Shown here piece after piece: positions 41,134 to 51,681 of a stretch of DNA of 64,000 nucleotides; positions within the stretch are counted from its first letter, which is position 1; every line of letters begins with the position of its first letter. The stretch lies in assembly GCA_001949185.1 (NCBI GenBank), contig BDGG01000009.1:485624-549623 (forward strand), given 5' to 3'. The DNA is from Ramazzottius varieornatus. Its lineage: Eukaryota > Animalia > Tardigrada. A model generated the notes under the pieces. That model ran no database searches. It had not been told where the DNA came from and saw only the letters and a list, made by a program, of their open reading frames with translations. Position numbers and translations under genes: made by a program.

Positions 41134-43916
41134 CGACTCCACACCAGACGTTTTCCATTTGAAAGTCCATTCGAGCGACACTGTCATAGTTCGGTCCAAC
41201 GTACTGTTATTGACTACTCTCTGGTCCGCTCGTCCGATGTGCCTCTTGTCAGTAGCTTTGACGTCCTGGACCAGCATCCCGGCCTTTCAGACCATCTTAT
41301 CATGTGTGTGGAAATCAAGCTCCAACAGCACTGTACACGTGGTTCGAGACGGCGTCCGACACCTTCTGACCAGCCAAAGGTCCGCACCAACTGGACTGCA
41401 TTGGCACAGGAGATTGTGGGTCCTCTGACGTCATCATTCGCAGCCGGCCAGTATGACAGCCTGTCAGCGCTGCTTGATGTGGCACCAGGCATGGTTGCTC
41501 AACTGCGAAGAACATACTCGTATCAGCCACGAGTGTCAACCTGTGACCCGCACCCAGCCTCTCTTCGAAACAGATTGAGCAAGAGCAAAGAAGCCTACAG
41601 AAATACCAGCGATATAAAGGCTCGGAAAGCTTTGGCTGCTAGGATGCGCCGCATAGTGAGGTCCCTGCAGGTAAACGAGCATCTGACCTCCCTCCGGTCC
41701 CTCCTGACGTCGAAACGGCACAACCTCGGAAGCTTTTGGAATATGTTCAAGGACCCTAATACCGAGAACTCATTACCATTTACTGTAGAAGAAATTACGC
41801 AGCACTTGTCTCAGATGATGGGACAGCCTACCGAAGCACTACTGGTTAACGAATCGGTATTACGTCTCTTTCGAACGACAGACAATAAGAGCTGCCACGA
41901 TCGACTGACACTCGACGAGCTCATGGGAGCCATCATGAATATCCAGTCGAAGAGCTCTAGTGGTCCTGACAAGCTTCCCACCGAACTATATAAACTGCTA
42001 CTGTACCATCGCGATTACCAGCTTTTAATGCTAGCGTGTTTGAACGAGATGCTCTGCTCGGGCACCGTGCCTGCTGAGTGGCTCTTTTCCAAGCTCGTGA
42101 CTATCCCAAAGAAGGGCAAATCCGTCTCGTTGGAAAACTTGCGCCCAATATCCATCATTGCGTTATCCAGGAGAATTTTCATGAAACTTGTGTGTAGACG
42201 GCTCGTCCTGTACCTTCCCCATGCTGCACAGCAATTTGGGTTCACGGCTGGCAAGTCCTGCTCGGAAGCGCTTCTTACATACTCTGCCGCAATTGAAACC
42301 TCCCTGCCGCGCGGAGGCTATTGCGTAGCGGTGTTCCTCGACCTTAAGGCCGCTTTCGGTACCGTAAACCATGGCCCACTCCTTTCGCTCCTTGAGCTGT
42401 CCATGACACCTTTCCCCCTCTGCAAGATCATGAAGTACGTTTATCACAACTCTGCCTGTAGTGTCTTCGCAAACGGCGAGTACGGTGAACCTTCCAGACC
42501 AACGAAGGGTGTAAAGCAAGGAGACCCAGCGTCAGGTGAACTTTGTATATTTTATATTTCGAAACTCCATGAATATGTCAGTCAGGGCCGACAAGCGGAA
42601 ATCACCCTGGGCGGTCGTCCAGTATTTCTGGTGTACGCCGACGACATCGTGATTCTATCGGTCTCAATCGTGCACGCTCAGCTGACTATTAGCCGAGTTT
42701 GTGAATACAAGAAGGCTCTTGGTCTTACTCTGAACGTGCCAAAATGCGCAGTCATGCACATAAGCAGAACCAAAGCTCGTCTACAATCACTTCCGCCTCT
42801 CTTCATCGGCAACACGGAAGTTGAGATTGTTACACAATTCAAGTACCTCGGAGCAACAGTCAACAGCTCGAACAAATACACCCAGACGAAGCTTCCGAAC
42901 GTGCCTATTGCGACTGCTGCGTCTGCTATGATGCTCCGTTGCATCACCCAACGAGCAACTTGTGGGCCAGTTGACTTGGGGCTCGAGCTTTTCGGCACCT
43001 TTGCAAAATCGGTAGCTTCGACCGGCTATATTATATTCAACGAATGGCTCTCTCCTGGATCCCACCTACTCAAACGAGAGAACATGAACCAGGTTTTTAC
43101 CCGCTTTCTCGAAGGCGAACCTCGCCTGACCACGGGCTGTATCACATAACGGGTGTGCTTCCGCTAAGCTTTCAACTTGCCGAGATGACCGTACAGTTCT
43201 ATATGAAAACAGCTCGCTCGTCGGTGGACGAGCTTGAAATTTGTGCCTTAAAGCAGATCCTAGCGGACCGTAAGTTACGGGGAACCATATACAAACGCTT
43301 CCTGCAGCCTGTCTTCGGGCTAAATAATTCAGACTCTGTAGATGTCTCAATAGCGAAAATATCCTGTTTTAACCACTCTGAGTGCTTCGCATCAGCCAAG
43401 AACCAGTTTCTTACAGCCATTCACGGAATGGTTGCTCTCTCACCAAAGCTCGACCTTCTTGTGAAAGTTTTTCCTTCCAATACTCTGCCAGGTAGGCTAT
43501 CAGGCAGTTCTAAGATCACTGTTGGACTGGCGCACACATTGTGCCGCGTTCTTTTATCATCGTTCAATCTGTCAGTTGAAACGGGCCGATGGGGATCATC
43601 CATCACTCGCGTTCACCAGGAAGACCGGAAGTGCCGACTCTGCTTAGTCGGAATCGAGAACATACCGCATTTTACGACTATATGTCCTCTCTTTGACGGT
43701 CCTCGTCGAGACCTTACAGGCGACCTCTGCGAACTCGGGTTCTCGAGCTGTATCGACTTAGTTCCGTGTCTGGTGCGCTGTCTAACTGCTGCACACGTGC
43801 CTGGTTGTCTGCTATTCGCAAAGTTCTTCCATAAAGTCTTGGGTCATCCTGTTCTCACCAAAGCATGTCCAAACACTATCCGTCAAACTCCTTCACTGGT
43901 GATCAGTAGCGCATGA
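41134..43916 (+). pseudogene. LINE ORF2 (endonuclease remnant, reverse transcriptase, CCHC region), frameshifted near 43100-43120
   Basis: SSGPDKLPTE, IPKKGK...NLRPISI, QFGFTAGKS, FLDLKAAFGTV, GVKQGDP, VYADD, FKYLG in 41239-43149; continuation LYHITGVLPL...LSVETGRW...CRLC...ENIPHFTTICP in another frame (43044-43916). Confidence 0.9.
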
Positions 43917-44024
43917 CACGCCTGCATACCTCTGAGAGCGCTTCCGCGCTCTTTGCACTCACGGCTTTGTATCAAATGGACAGATGACCAGACATAGCAA
44001 ATAACCAAATGCTACTTTCAGATT

Positions 44025-44819
44025 ATGAATTTCCCCGTCAGCATGTTTGGAGGAATGATTGGAGCCTATGGTCCTTACCAGATGTCAGGACTGACCACGG
44101 GATTTCCTATGGGTTTCCCGCTAGGACCCCCGTTGGGCTTTTCCCTCGGTCCCTCGGCGGGTACGCCTCTGCTGGGAACTCTCGCTCAACCGAGATTCAC
44201 GGCCGATGAGTGGCTGATCCTACAGGGGATGACAGCGACCCAACCAGCTGACCCATCCATCAGCCCTGGCGCTCAGGCCATCCAGCCGTCTAGCCTTTGC
44301 GTCCCTCAAGCCAGCTCCTACCATGCATCAGCGATAACCAACAGCCCCGTCGATACGGGTCGACCGGATGTGAAGATCAACTTGGGGTCGTTCGGCCCAC
44401 CGCGCAAGCCCTTCGATCACCGTCGCCTCGGCAATCAACCGCCTCAACACTGTAACTCAAACAGAAACCGAGGTCGGGGCTACGGTGGGCGTGGCGGTGC
44501 TTATGGCCGCTCTGACGGAGCGGTGGACGTGGCAGTGGACGTGATAGTGACGGACAACGGGGATACTGCCCCCGGAACGGCGGAGGAGGGTGGCCCCCGG
44601 AACGGCGGAGGAGGGTGGCCCCCGAAAAGCCACCAGAACCTAGACCCGTCGAGCCAGGCGGATCACCCTCCCGTCGGTACAACCAGGTTCGGAGGGCGAG
44701 CCCAAGTCGGCGAAGAAGACCCTCGCGACGGACAGCAAAAACCCAACCACACACATGGACCAGCTCGAGCATCAAACCGGGAACGACGGAGCCAGTCGGA
44801 CATGGAAATGGACGAGTGA
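44025..44819 (+). CDS. 264-aa G/P-rich ORF with RGG box in the 3' part of the retroelement
   Basis: ATG-started open frame; GFPMGFPLGPPLGFSLGP repeats; RGRGYGGRGGAYGR; lies between the ORF2 stop and the element's 3' stem-loop/AATAAA. Confidence 0.5.
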   Translation: MNFPVSMFGGMIGAYGPYQMSGLTTGFPMGFPLGPPLGFSLGPSAGTPLLGTLAQPRFTADEWLILQGMTATQPADPSISPGAQAIQPSSLCVPQASSYHASAITNSPVDTGRPDVKINLGSFGPPRKPFDHRRLGNQPPQHCNSNRNRGRGYGGRGGAYGRSDGAVDVAVDVIVTDNGDTAPGTAEEGGPRNGGGGWPPKSHQNLDPSSQADHPPVGTTRFGGRAQVGEEDPRDGQQKPNHTHGPARASNRERRSQSDMEMDE

Positions 44820-45226
44820 GAACCTGGACGAAGGCGGAAAGAACGCTCCCTCACTCCTTGTTTGGTAGTTAGCTCTCCCTGCTATGGTTGTGCGAATTTT
44901 CCACTTCCTTTCTGGTGCCTGATCTCGGATTGTAATCTCTATATGTCAATCTCTGAAGTTAGTCTTGATCGCTTCCACTTGCTAAAGCTGTTGGTACTGT
45001 ATTTTTTATGTTTCGTTATCCTCTGACGATCGAGGAAGCCGTCGACTAGATTGTCGAGGCTCAATAAATCTACCTATCTATGTGACATGTCCACTAACCC
45101 ACAGTGTTGTTGTTTCTTGCTTTTCAGTCCGTTGATATCAGTTCCTCCTCGAAATTCCTGCGCTCGATATTGATGCTCCTTTGTATTCCATACTATACTG
45201 CGAACTGACTTCTGGGAGAGATCGGC

Positions 45227-48123
45227 ATGGACCTGAGGGAGCTGTACAAAGAGGACTTTCCGGCGGAAGCAAGTAAGTTTGTTGCTCGATTGTCTTCTCT
45301 CGGTGACGGAAACGGGATGCCTGTTTCCCATCATGACTGATTTTTTTGCTGTTTGTTACAGTTGTGACGGACTTGATCAGTCGGGGAGATGGACAGACTC
45401 AGCTGGAAATGGGACTGCGCAAGTTCAGGGAATACCGGGAGCAAGCCAACTTGGAGCTTAGGAAGAACGCCTTCAAATACCACAGCGCAATCCTCACCGC
45501 ATCGAGAGAAATGCAGGGTAAAAAATATTCGTTCTTTCTGGGGTCCTGCCCGTATTTTTCCTGTGACAGGTGTCAACTCTTGTAGATCTGGAAAAGAATC
45601 TGACGGATCTGAAAAGCACGCTAGCTGAGCAAAAGCAGTTGTTGGAGAACGTGACGGAAACGGCGCCGGAAGTCGAAGGCGCTGAACGAGGTAACACAGC
45701 TCAATGCTCCGTTTGAATTTTAAAACAGTGTCATTACTTTGAAAGGTTAGTCGTGATGGTTTTTTCTTGTAGACAGAAGATCTGGGTACTTCGGAAATTC
45801 ATTAGACAGCTTGGCGAGTCGTTACAGGTCGGACGCGACAGAAATAGGCGTGGGCGACAAGGACATTCCATTATGGTTCAGAGAAGCCACTCTCGACATC
45901 GAAGATCTTTACGAGATGCGCCAGTTCGAGGAGGCCACAAATCTGTTAATAAAGGCTCAAGAATATTTCCGTTCCGTTCGAGATACCTCTTTGATGACCA
46001 AAGCCGATGTTTACTATAGTAAGAGACTTCTTTTAATACTTACCACCTTTTCTGAGGAGTTCTTTCATCCCAGGACCGATCCTTTATGCCGAAGAGCAGT
46101 TGTTGATCCACCTTCTGCAAGCTCTGAACGCAGCTCTCGGTTGTCCCTTTGGAATAAACGACAGTCTTACCAAGCTGCTGGTGCAGTTACTGCGCCGCTT
46201 GGGAAAGAACTACGACGTGGGTATTAATGGTAGTTTCCGGCAATTGTTTTTATCATTGAACCTAGGTTCCTTTGGTCTTACCGGTATTGGAATTCTAGGC
46301 ATGCATCGCCTTTCTGGATCTTCGTACCCAGCTGATACACACTTCGCTCAAAGCGAAACCACTGGATAGAAGATCCTTAATTCCGGTGGAAGCAAGAGCG
46401 GAGATTTTGTTCCTGTCAATAGAAGATGCTTTGAAGAAGTACCACGACTTTGGCTTCGAAGGCATGGCCTGCAAGTCGGGTTAGTGCTTGCTAACCAGGG
46501 ATAGAATTAGTTTTTCGTCCAGCCCCCTCCCCCTCAAAAAAAGAAAAGTTGGTTCAACGTTTAGCTCTCAACGGATGGGTCAAATTCCATGTGGATGCTT
46601 TCGCGAACGATCATCTGGAGCAACTCTTCACTAGCCAAGCAAGCTTGACTGCCTGCGCAAGTTGCGTCCGTTCGGTTCGAAAGCATGCCGCTCGAGTGAG
46701 TTTTTTCTTTCTTTCTTTATGTGATGGTTCAACAGGAGATCGGCAAATGGAATCACCCAGATCGTTTTCCCAAGTGGTGCACGCTTTCGGCAAACAACAA
46801 TGAAAACGTGCGCCACTTGGGAGAACAATCTGGATGAAATTTTTGCCGACGTCCCAGTTAGATATCATAAGGTACTTTGGACTCACGGACGAGATATTCA
46901 GTTTACGCTGGTGTCGTGTTCTAGTTGACTAGTCTCGGAATGGACCTTTCTTTGTTGTTGGATGGGCATCTAGAGTCCCAAAACAGAGTCTTCCTCGAAC
47001 AAATGGTCAAAGACTTTATCGAAAATAAGACAAACCTCCTCAAGGTACTTCTTGCATTTTGCTGGGTTGTCTGAAGTTCTTTCAAGGAGATGCTTTCTTC
47101 GTTTCAGGACCAGCGGATCGAACCTACTGTTTTTCCGACCAAAGAAGCCGTGGCGTCCTTGGACAATATCGCTCTGTCGGGTCTTGGAATGGCTGCGGTC
47201 TATGTCGGTAAAGCTTTCCGTCCTGATTACTTTCCAGTTGAAACGTTCTTTCCAGTGAGCAACAAGGAGGAGGCGGAAGTGGTGACGCGGTCATCTCTCA
47301 CAAGCGGCGGTAGTGTCTTGGCGAGTGTCCCCAAGATCTTCTCTTAGTTTACTGAACCAGCATGCGTTCCCAACGCTAACCGCAACCGCTTCCCCTTCCC
47401 TATATCATCAGGGGCACCCTGCCTATGCCGACCTGCTGAATTTTGATAATAAGTAGAAGGTCGGCAAACATGGTTATCTCTAGTGGCGCGCTTTTATATT
47501 ATAATTGGCTGATGTCTGCGCCACTTAGAAAACCTCGACAAAATTGTTTTTCCAGTGGCGCACCTTATCAGTGTTACTGGCTGGTGGCGCGCGCCACTTG
47601 GGATAACATGTGTGTTTTGTTTGCCGGCCTCCCGTGTAGTAGTACATCTTTTGTCTGTTATCCGTCTGCGTTTGCAGATGGTCTGCGTTTGAATATCGCG
47701 TCTCAGCACATCGATTTCGCAAAGTCCTTCCTTCAGTTGGTCGGCGACGTCACGGAGATCGCCACAGAATCCATGAAGAACGTTGTAAATAGCCTGGTGA
47801 AGAAAGCCTTTGAGCCACTACTTGACGATCTGCAATACAGCGTCAAACAGTTGACGGCGTCCAAGCCAAACGTGTGTAATACAGCTTGTGATGGTCACTG
47901 GACAATATCGGACAAAAAATAGACTGTCGTTGTTCTACAGGTAGGCGTTCTTTCCGCTACAGTGGATTTCTGTCTCAAGAACCTCATTCCTAATGCCGAA
48001 GACGCGATGAAGACCAAGTTTGCCATCCAGTCTTCGCAGCTGTTTGTCACCGAGAAAGATGCCCTAATCAAGATGCAAAGTACGTTGAAAAGCAAAGCAA
48101 AACTTCCTGCAACGATCGTATAA
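45227..48123 (+). CDS. EXOC8: Exocyst component 8 (Exo84)-like, multi-exon, apparently lacking the PH domain
   Basis: N-terminal Vps51/Exo84-type helices (ELRKNAFKYHSAILTASREMQDLEKNLTDLKSTLAEQKQLLE); IPLWFREATLDIEDLYEMRQFEEATNLL resembles the start of the Exo84 C-terminal helical rod. Confidence 0.75.
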
Positions 48124-48293
48124 AGAGTTTCTAATTTCCACTGAAACGCAAACTAAAAGTTTCTGCCCGGTCTCATTTCTTTACTATCCTATTCGCTGTG
48201 ATCAACGCTAAACTTCTATTAAATATATTTTCGGTTAGAAATTTATGTGCGCTTCTTTGAACAGCAATGAAAAATCTCCCCACGGAGTTTTTT

Positions 48294-49370
48294 TCAACTT
48301 AGCCCTTTCCAGTTCGGCAGATAATAGTCTTCCGCCCGGAAAGTTATATCGTAAAAGGAAAGCGGTGTCGGGGTGCCGTTGAAGTATAGCACTTCGACCG
48401 CATCACTCAAATATGCAGCCCACCATGAAAATGTCCCGGTGGAAATAATCAAATGCTTCATTTTCGTCAGCAAGGCCAATGCGACTTCCGGTTTGACCTT
48501 TTCCAGTACTACAGCGTTGAGTCCAGAGATTGCTTCTTTGGCCCATGGCACATCGTTGGTCACCACGACGTAAAACAGGGAGGTATGTCGAGAATCCAGG
48601 TATTCCCGCGATCTTTGGAAATAACTTCCTGGTGCCGGTACGTGACCGAACTGCCGCAGATGAGTCCTGAGAATGTCCCCACGACGAACATGGATACCCA
48701 CCAACTCGGTGTCGCTGTGTAAGTCTTTCGTTATGTTTTCGAGGATTGTGTCGGCTTCGAGGATGATATCAGCGCGAAATTTCAAACTCTGTTTTATCTC
48801 CGCAGAGTATTCGGGGTGGAAGTATTTCCAGGACTGGAAGGCACCGTGAAGTACCACGTCATTTTCGACGTGGTTCTTGAGTTTCTCGGTAAAGGAAAAG
48901 TATGTGCAACAGAAAGCCGAGTAGATTTCCGGCTGGGGAAGTGATCGGCCTTTGCAGACCAGCGTGTCGTATGCTTCCGGGTCGGCGATTCGCAGGTCTT
49001 TTCCTCCGAGAGTAAAGACTTTGATCACGGGGGAATAAGAAGGCATGATAGGATGGAGGTGGTTGCGAGATGCGATCCCAAGAAGGGAGGCGTACAAGAA
49101 CAGTTGGTTGCCCAGCCCGTTACGCCGATAAGATCGCTGCCATTCCAGTAGAAGCATGTATCGGTGAGAAGACTGGATAAGGGTAGCAGTGGTCGCATTC
49201 TCAACATTTGAGAAGGGTCTTGGGGATACGGTATACGGCTTAGGTTGTAAACTAGCAGCTTTGCTACGGGACGAAGTTTCACGTATTAGAAAACCGGTTA
49301 GGAAGGCTCCAGATATCCACAAGAATGTGCATCGCAGCACGTCATTTCTTTTCCATCTTCTGCATACCAT
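48294..49370 (-). CDS. Alpha-1,2-fucosyltransferase (GT11), type II membrane protein, intronless CDS
   Basis: N-terminal TM, GLGNQLFLYASL, GAFQSWKYF, GIHVRRGD, STGTFSWWAAYL, EDYYLPNW. Confidence 0.92.
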   Translation of the reverse strand: MVCRRWKRNDVLRCTFLWISGAFLTGFLIRETSSRSKAASLQPKPYTVSPRPFSNVENATTATLIQSSHRYMLLLEWQRSYRRNGLGNQLFLYASLLGIASRNHLHPIMPSYSPVIKVFTLGGKDLRIADPEAYDTLVCKGRSLPQPEIYSAFCCTYFSFTEKLKNHVENDVVLHGAFQSWKYFHPEYSAEIKQSLKFRADIILEADTILENITKDLHSDTELVGIHVRRGDILRTHLRQFGHVPAPGSYFQRSREYLDSRHTSLFYVVVTNDVPWAKEAISGLNAVVLEKVKPEVALALLTKMKHLIISTGTFSWWAAYLSDAVEVLYFNGTPTPLSFYDITFRAEDYYLPNWKGLS

Positions 49371-49883
49371 CCTCTATTCATCTCAACGTGGGACAATGAT
49401 GAAAAGCAGAGTGGTAACTAATTAGCTGAGCAGCTCAGATGTCCAAAGAAGCGCGAGGCACAGTAGTATTAGTTTGGACGAGACCTTGAGCAGGTTCGAC
49501 GAAGCGTGATCGATGCGCACGCTGGACACTGTGATGCTCTGTGACAGTGTGTTTGAAGCTTTCTTGGTTCTACTGTGAAACAGAATACAAACGAAGCGCA
49601 GAACAATGTTCCAAAGCGAACTGTCTTGGTGTTCGAACAGTCTAACCAGGAAGTAGTGACAGCTTGCACGTGCCGCGCGGAAGTCCATCAGTCGCAGTCC
49701 TGAGGTTCCTGTTCTCTCAGGAAACCTGGAATGAGCATCCACTCATTACGCATGACGTAACGATCATAAGAAGCCACGCTACTTTGGTATGACATGACGA
49801 TGATCAGCTGATCCATTTCGCCGCACGGACGACGTCTGTCACAACCGGCTGACCAACAGCCACAGCTAGCGCTATGTGCAAGG

Positions 49884-49929
49884 CCGTTCGGTGTCGGTCT
49901 GCAAGTCCGTTCGGTGTCGGTCTGCAAGT
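49884..49929. repeat. Perfect 23-bp tandem duplication
   Basis: ccgttcggtgtcggtctgcaagt twice, between the divergent fucosyltransferase and MBF1 genes. Confidence 0.9.
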
Positions 49930-50158
49930 GTTTTGCAATCAACGAAGTCGCTTCAGAGTTCAGATGCTTCCGATTCTAAAACTCTTCCATCTTTTCTCAA
50001 GTGTTTTCTCAGGTTCGCTCCTACTTTCCACTGGAGCTGCTCCTCGCTCTCGAGTCCGTCGCTTACTAGCCGTTCAACTTACGGATTCTGTCTTGACAGG
50101 AGAACTACTCCTGGGTTATACTGAATCAGTTAATCTTCCCTTTAAAGAAGCCATCAAG

Positions 50159-50947
50159 ATGTCTGAGTCTGACTGGGACTCGGTGACTGTTTTGCGTAAG
50201 AAGGCGCCGAAGCCGAGCGACTTGAAAGATCCCAAGGTGAGATGTACAAGAAGGTTATTTTCGGTTTGGAAGTTAATCCCAATGGACTGTTTCAGACTAT
50301 CAATGCGGCCTTGCGAGCTGGTGGACAGATCGACACGACCAAGAAATGTAAGTCCCAAAGTTCGAGAAATCTTTCTGAATTCCAAATAGAAACTAGCGCG
50401 ATTTCTTCTGCTGGACAGTTGCTGCTGGAACGAATCGACAACATGCTGGACCGCAGAACGCCGTTAAACTGGATCAGGAAACTGAAGATTTACATATCGA
50501 AACGATTGGGATGGACGTAAGTATGACTGTGTAACTAATCAACTTCCGGTTGGACTGCGTTACGCGTCCGCTGTGGACAGTGAATAGTTTTATGTGTGAA
50601 CGTCCCGTAGGTTGGGAAAATCATAGCTCAAGCGAGGAACGCCAAAGGTTGGACCCAGAAGGATCTGGCAGCGAAGATTTGCGAGAAACCTCAAGTGATC
50701 AACGAGTACGAAGGCGGTAAAGGGATACCCAACCAACAAGTCATGACTAAGCTGGAACGCGCTCTCGAAGTCAAGCTTAGAGGAAAGGTACTATTTGAAA
50801 TGTCTGCATAATAACGGGTCTCTTGTACATCTCTGTATTACGGAGCTTTTTTGCCCGAGTTTGCACATAATACTATGTATATTGCAGGACAAAGGAGCGC
50901 CTCTGGAACCACGTGCTGCGAAGAAATCGACCTCGGACAAAAAGTGA
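50159..50947 (+). CDS. EDF1: Multiprotein bridging factor 1 / EDF1, 5 exons
   Basis: [83 protein letters not shown]. Confidence 0.96.
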
Positions 50948-51681
50948 ATGATTCTATCAACTTCTGAACCTAAATTAAACCACGCAAGAAAGAATCACTC
51001 AAACATGAATATCTTAGCATCCCATATACGTATTGTTTCTATTTATTACTTGATATCCGCAAAAATATGCTAGGGTGAGGCTTTCTGCACATTCTCCTTA
51101 CGCATATTTTTGCTGCTAATCTTATTGCTGGAATCTTTGTTATGACGATTCCGAGCCGTACGCAGTAGCATGTTTTTTGTGGTTCAGCCGGGATTCAGTT
51201 TCCGGTACAATACAGTAGCATTTCTTCCGATGGTCCGAGACCACATTTTCTATTCATCAACCGGGTCTCCCGTCTTGCCTTTTGGGGTCTCTGTACAGTA
51301 GTTGGAGTCAAAAAGTTATTGTAAAGTCAAAGTAACTGCAATATGGTCAGTTTTCCTTTCGTGTTCATCGAGGAAGGTTGGATGACCCGCTTTTTCCAGC
51401 ATCATGGAGGAACCTTACTGCACAAGTAACGTTAACTGGTCTTATTGTGTTAGGAAACAGGGGTGTAACGCAATAAATGTTACAGATCCGTAGTTCACGG
51501 GTCGTAGAAGCTCAAGTCTGAAGGGATCGGGTCTTGTTGGGTACTCATCATCGATTGCTGATCGATTGGCTTCCCAGGTGGGTTGCTTAGGTATTGTCTC
51601 GTCTGGGTGCCGATCTGCGCAAAGCTTCATCGTTCTTTTCCTTCTTCAGTCAGTCAGTTCCAGTACGTATCGTTTTCGGGG

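Larger units (their letters stand above)
41128..45080 (+). mobile_element. 5'-truncated non-LTR retrotransposon (APE endonuclease remnant, RT, C-terminal Zn motif, extra 3' ORF)
   Basis: APE C-terminal motifs TVIDYSLV and GLSDH; RT motifs; 3' stem-loop, AATAAA (45063) and TCTA-like tail; possible ATCTATG duplication at 41121-41127 and 45076-45082. Confidence 0.85.
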
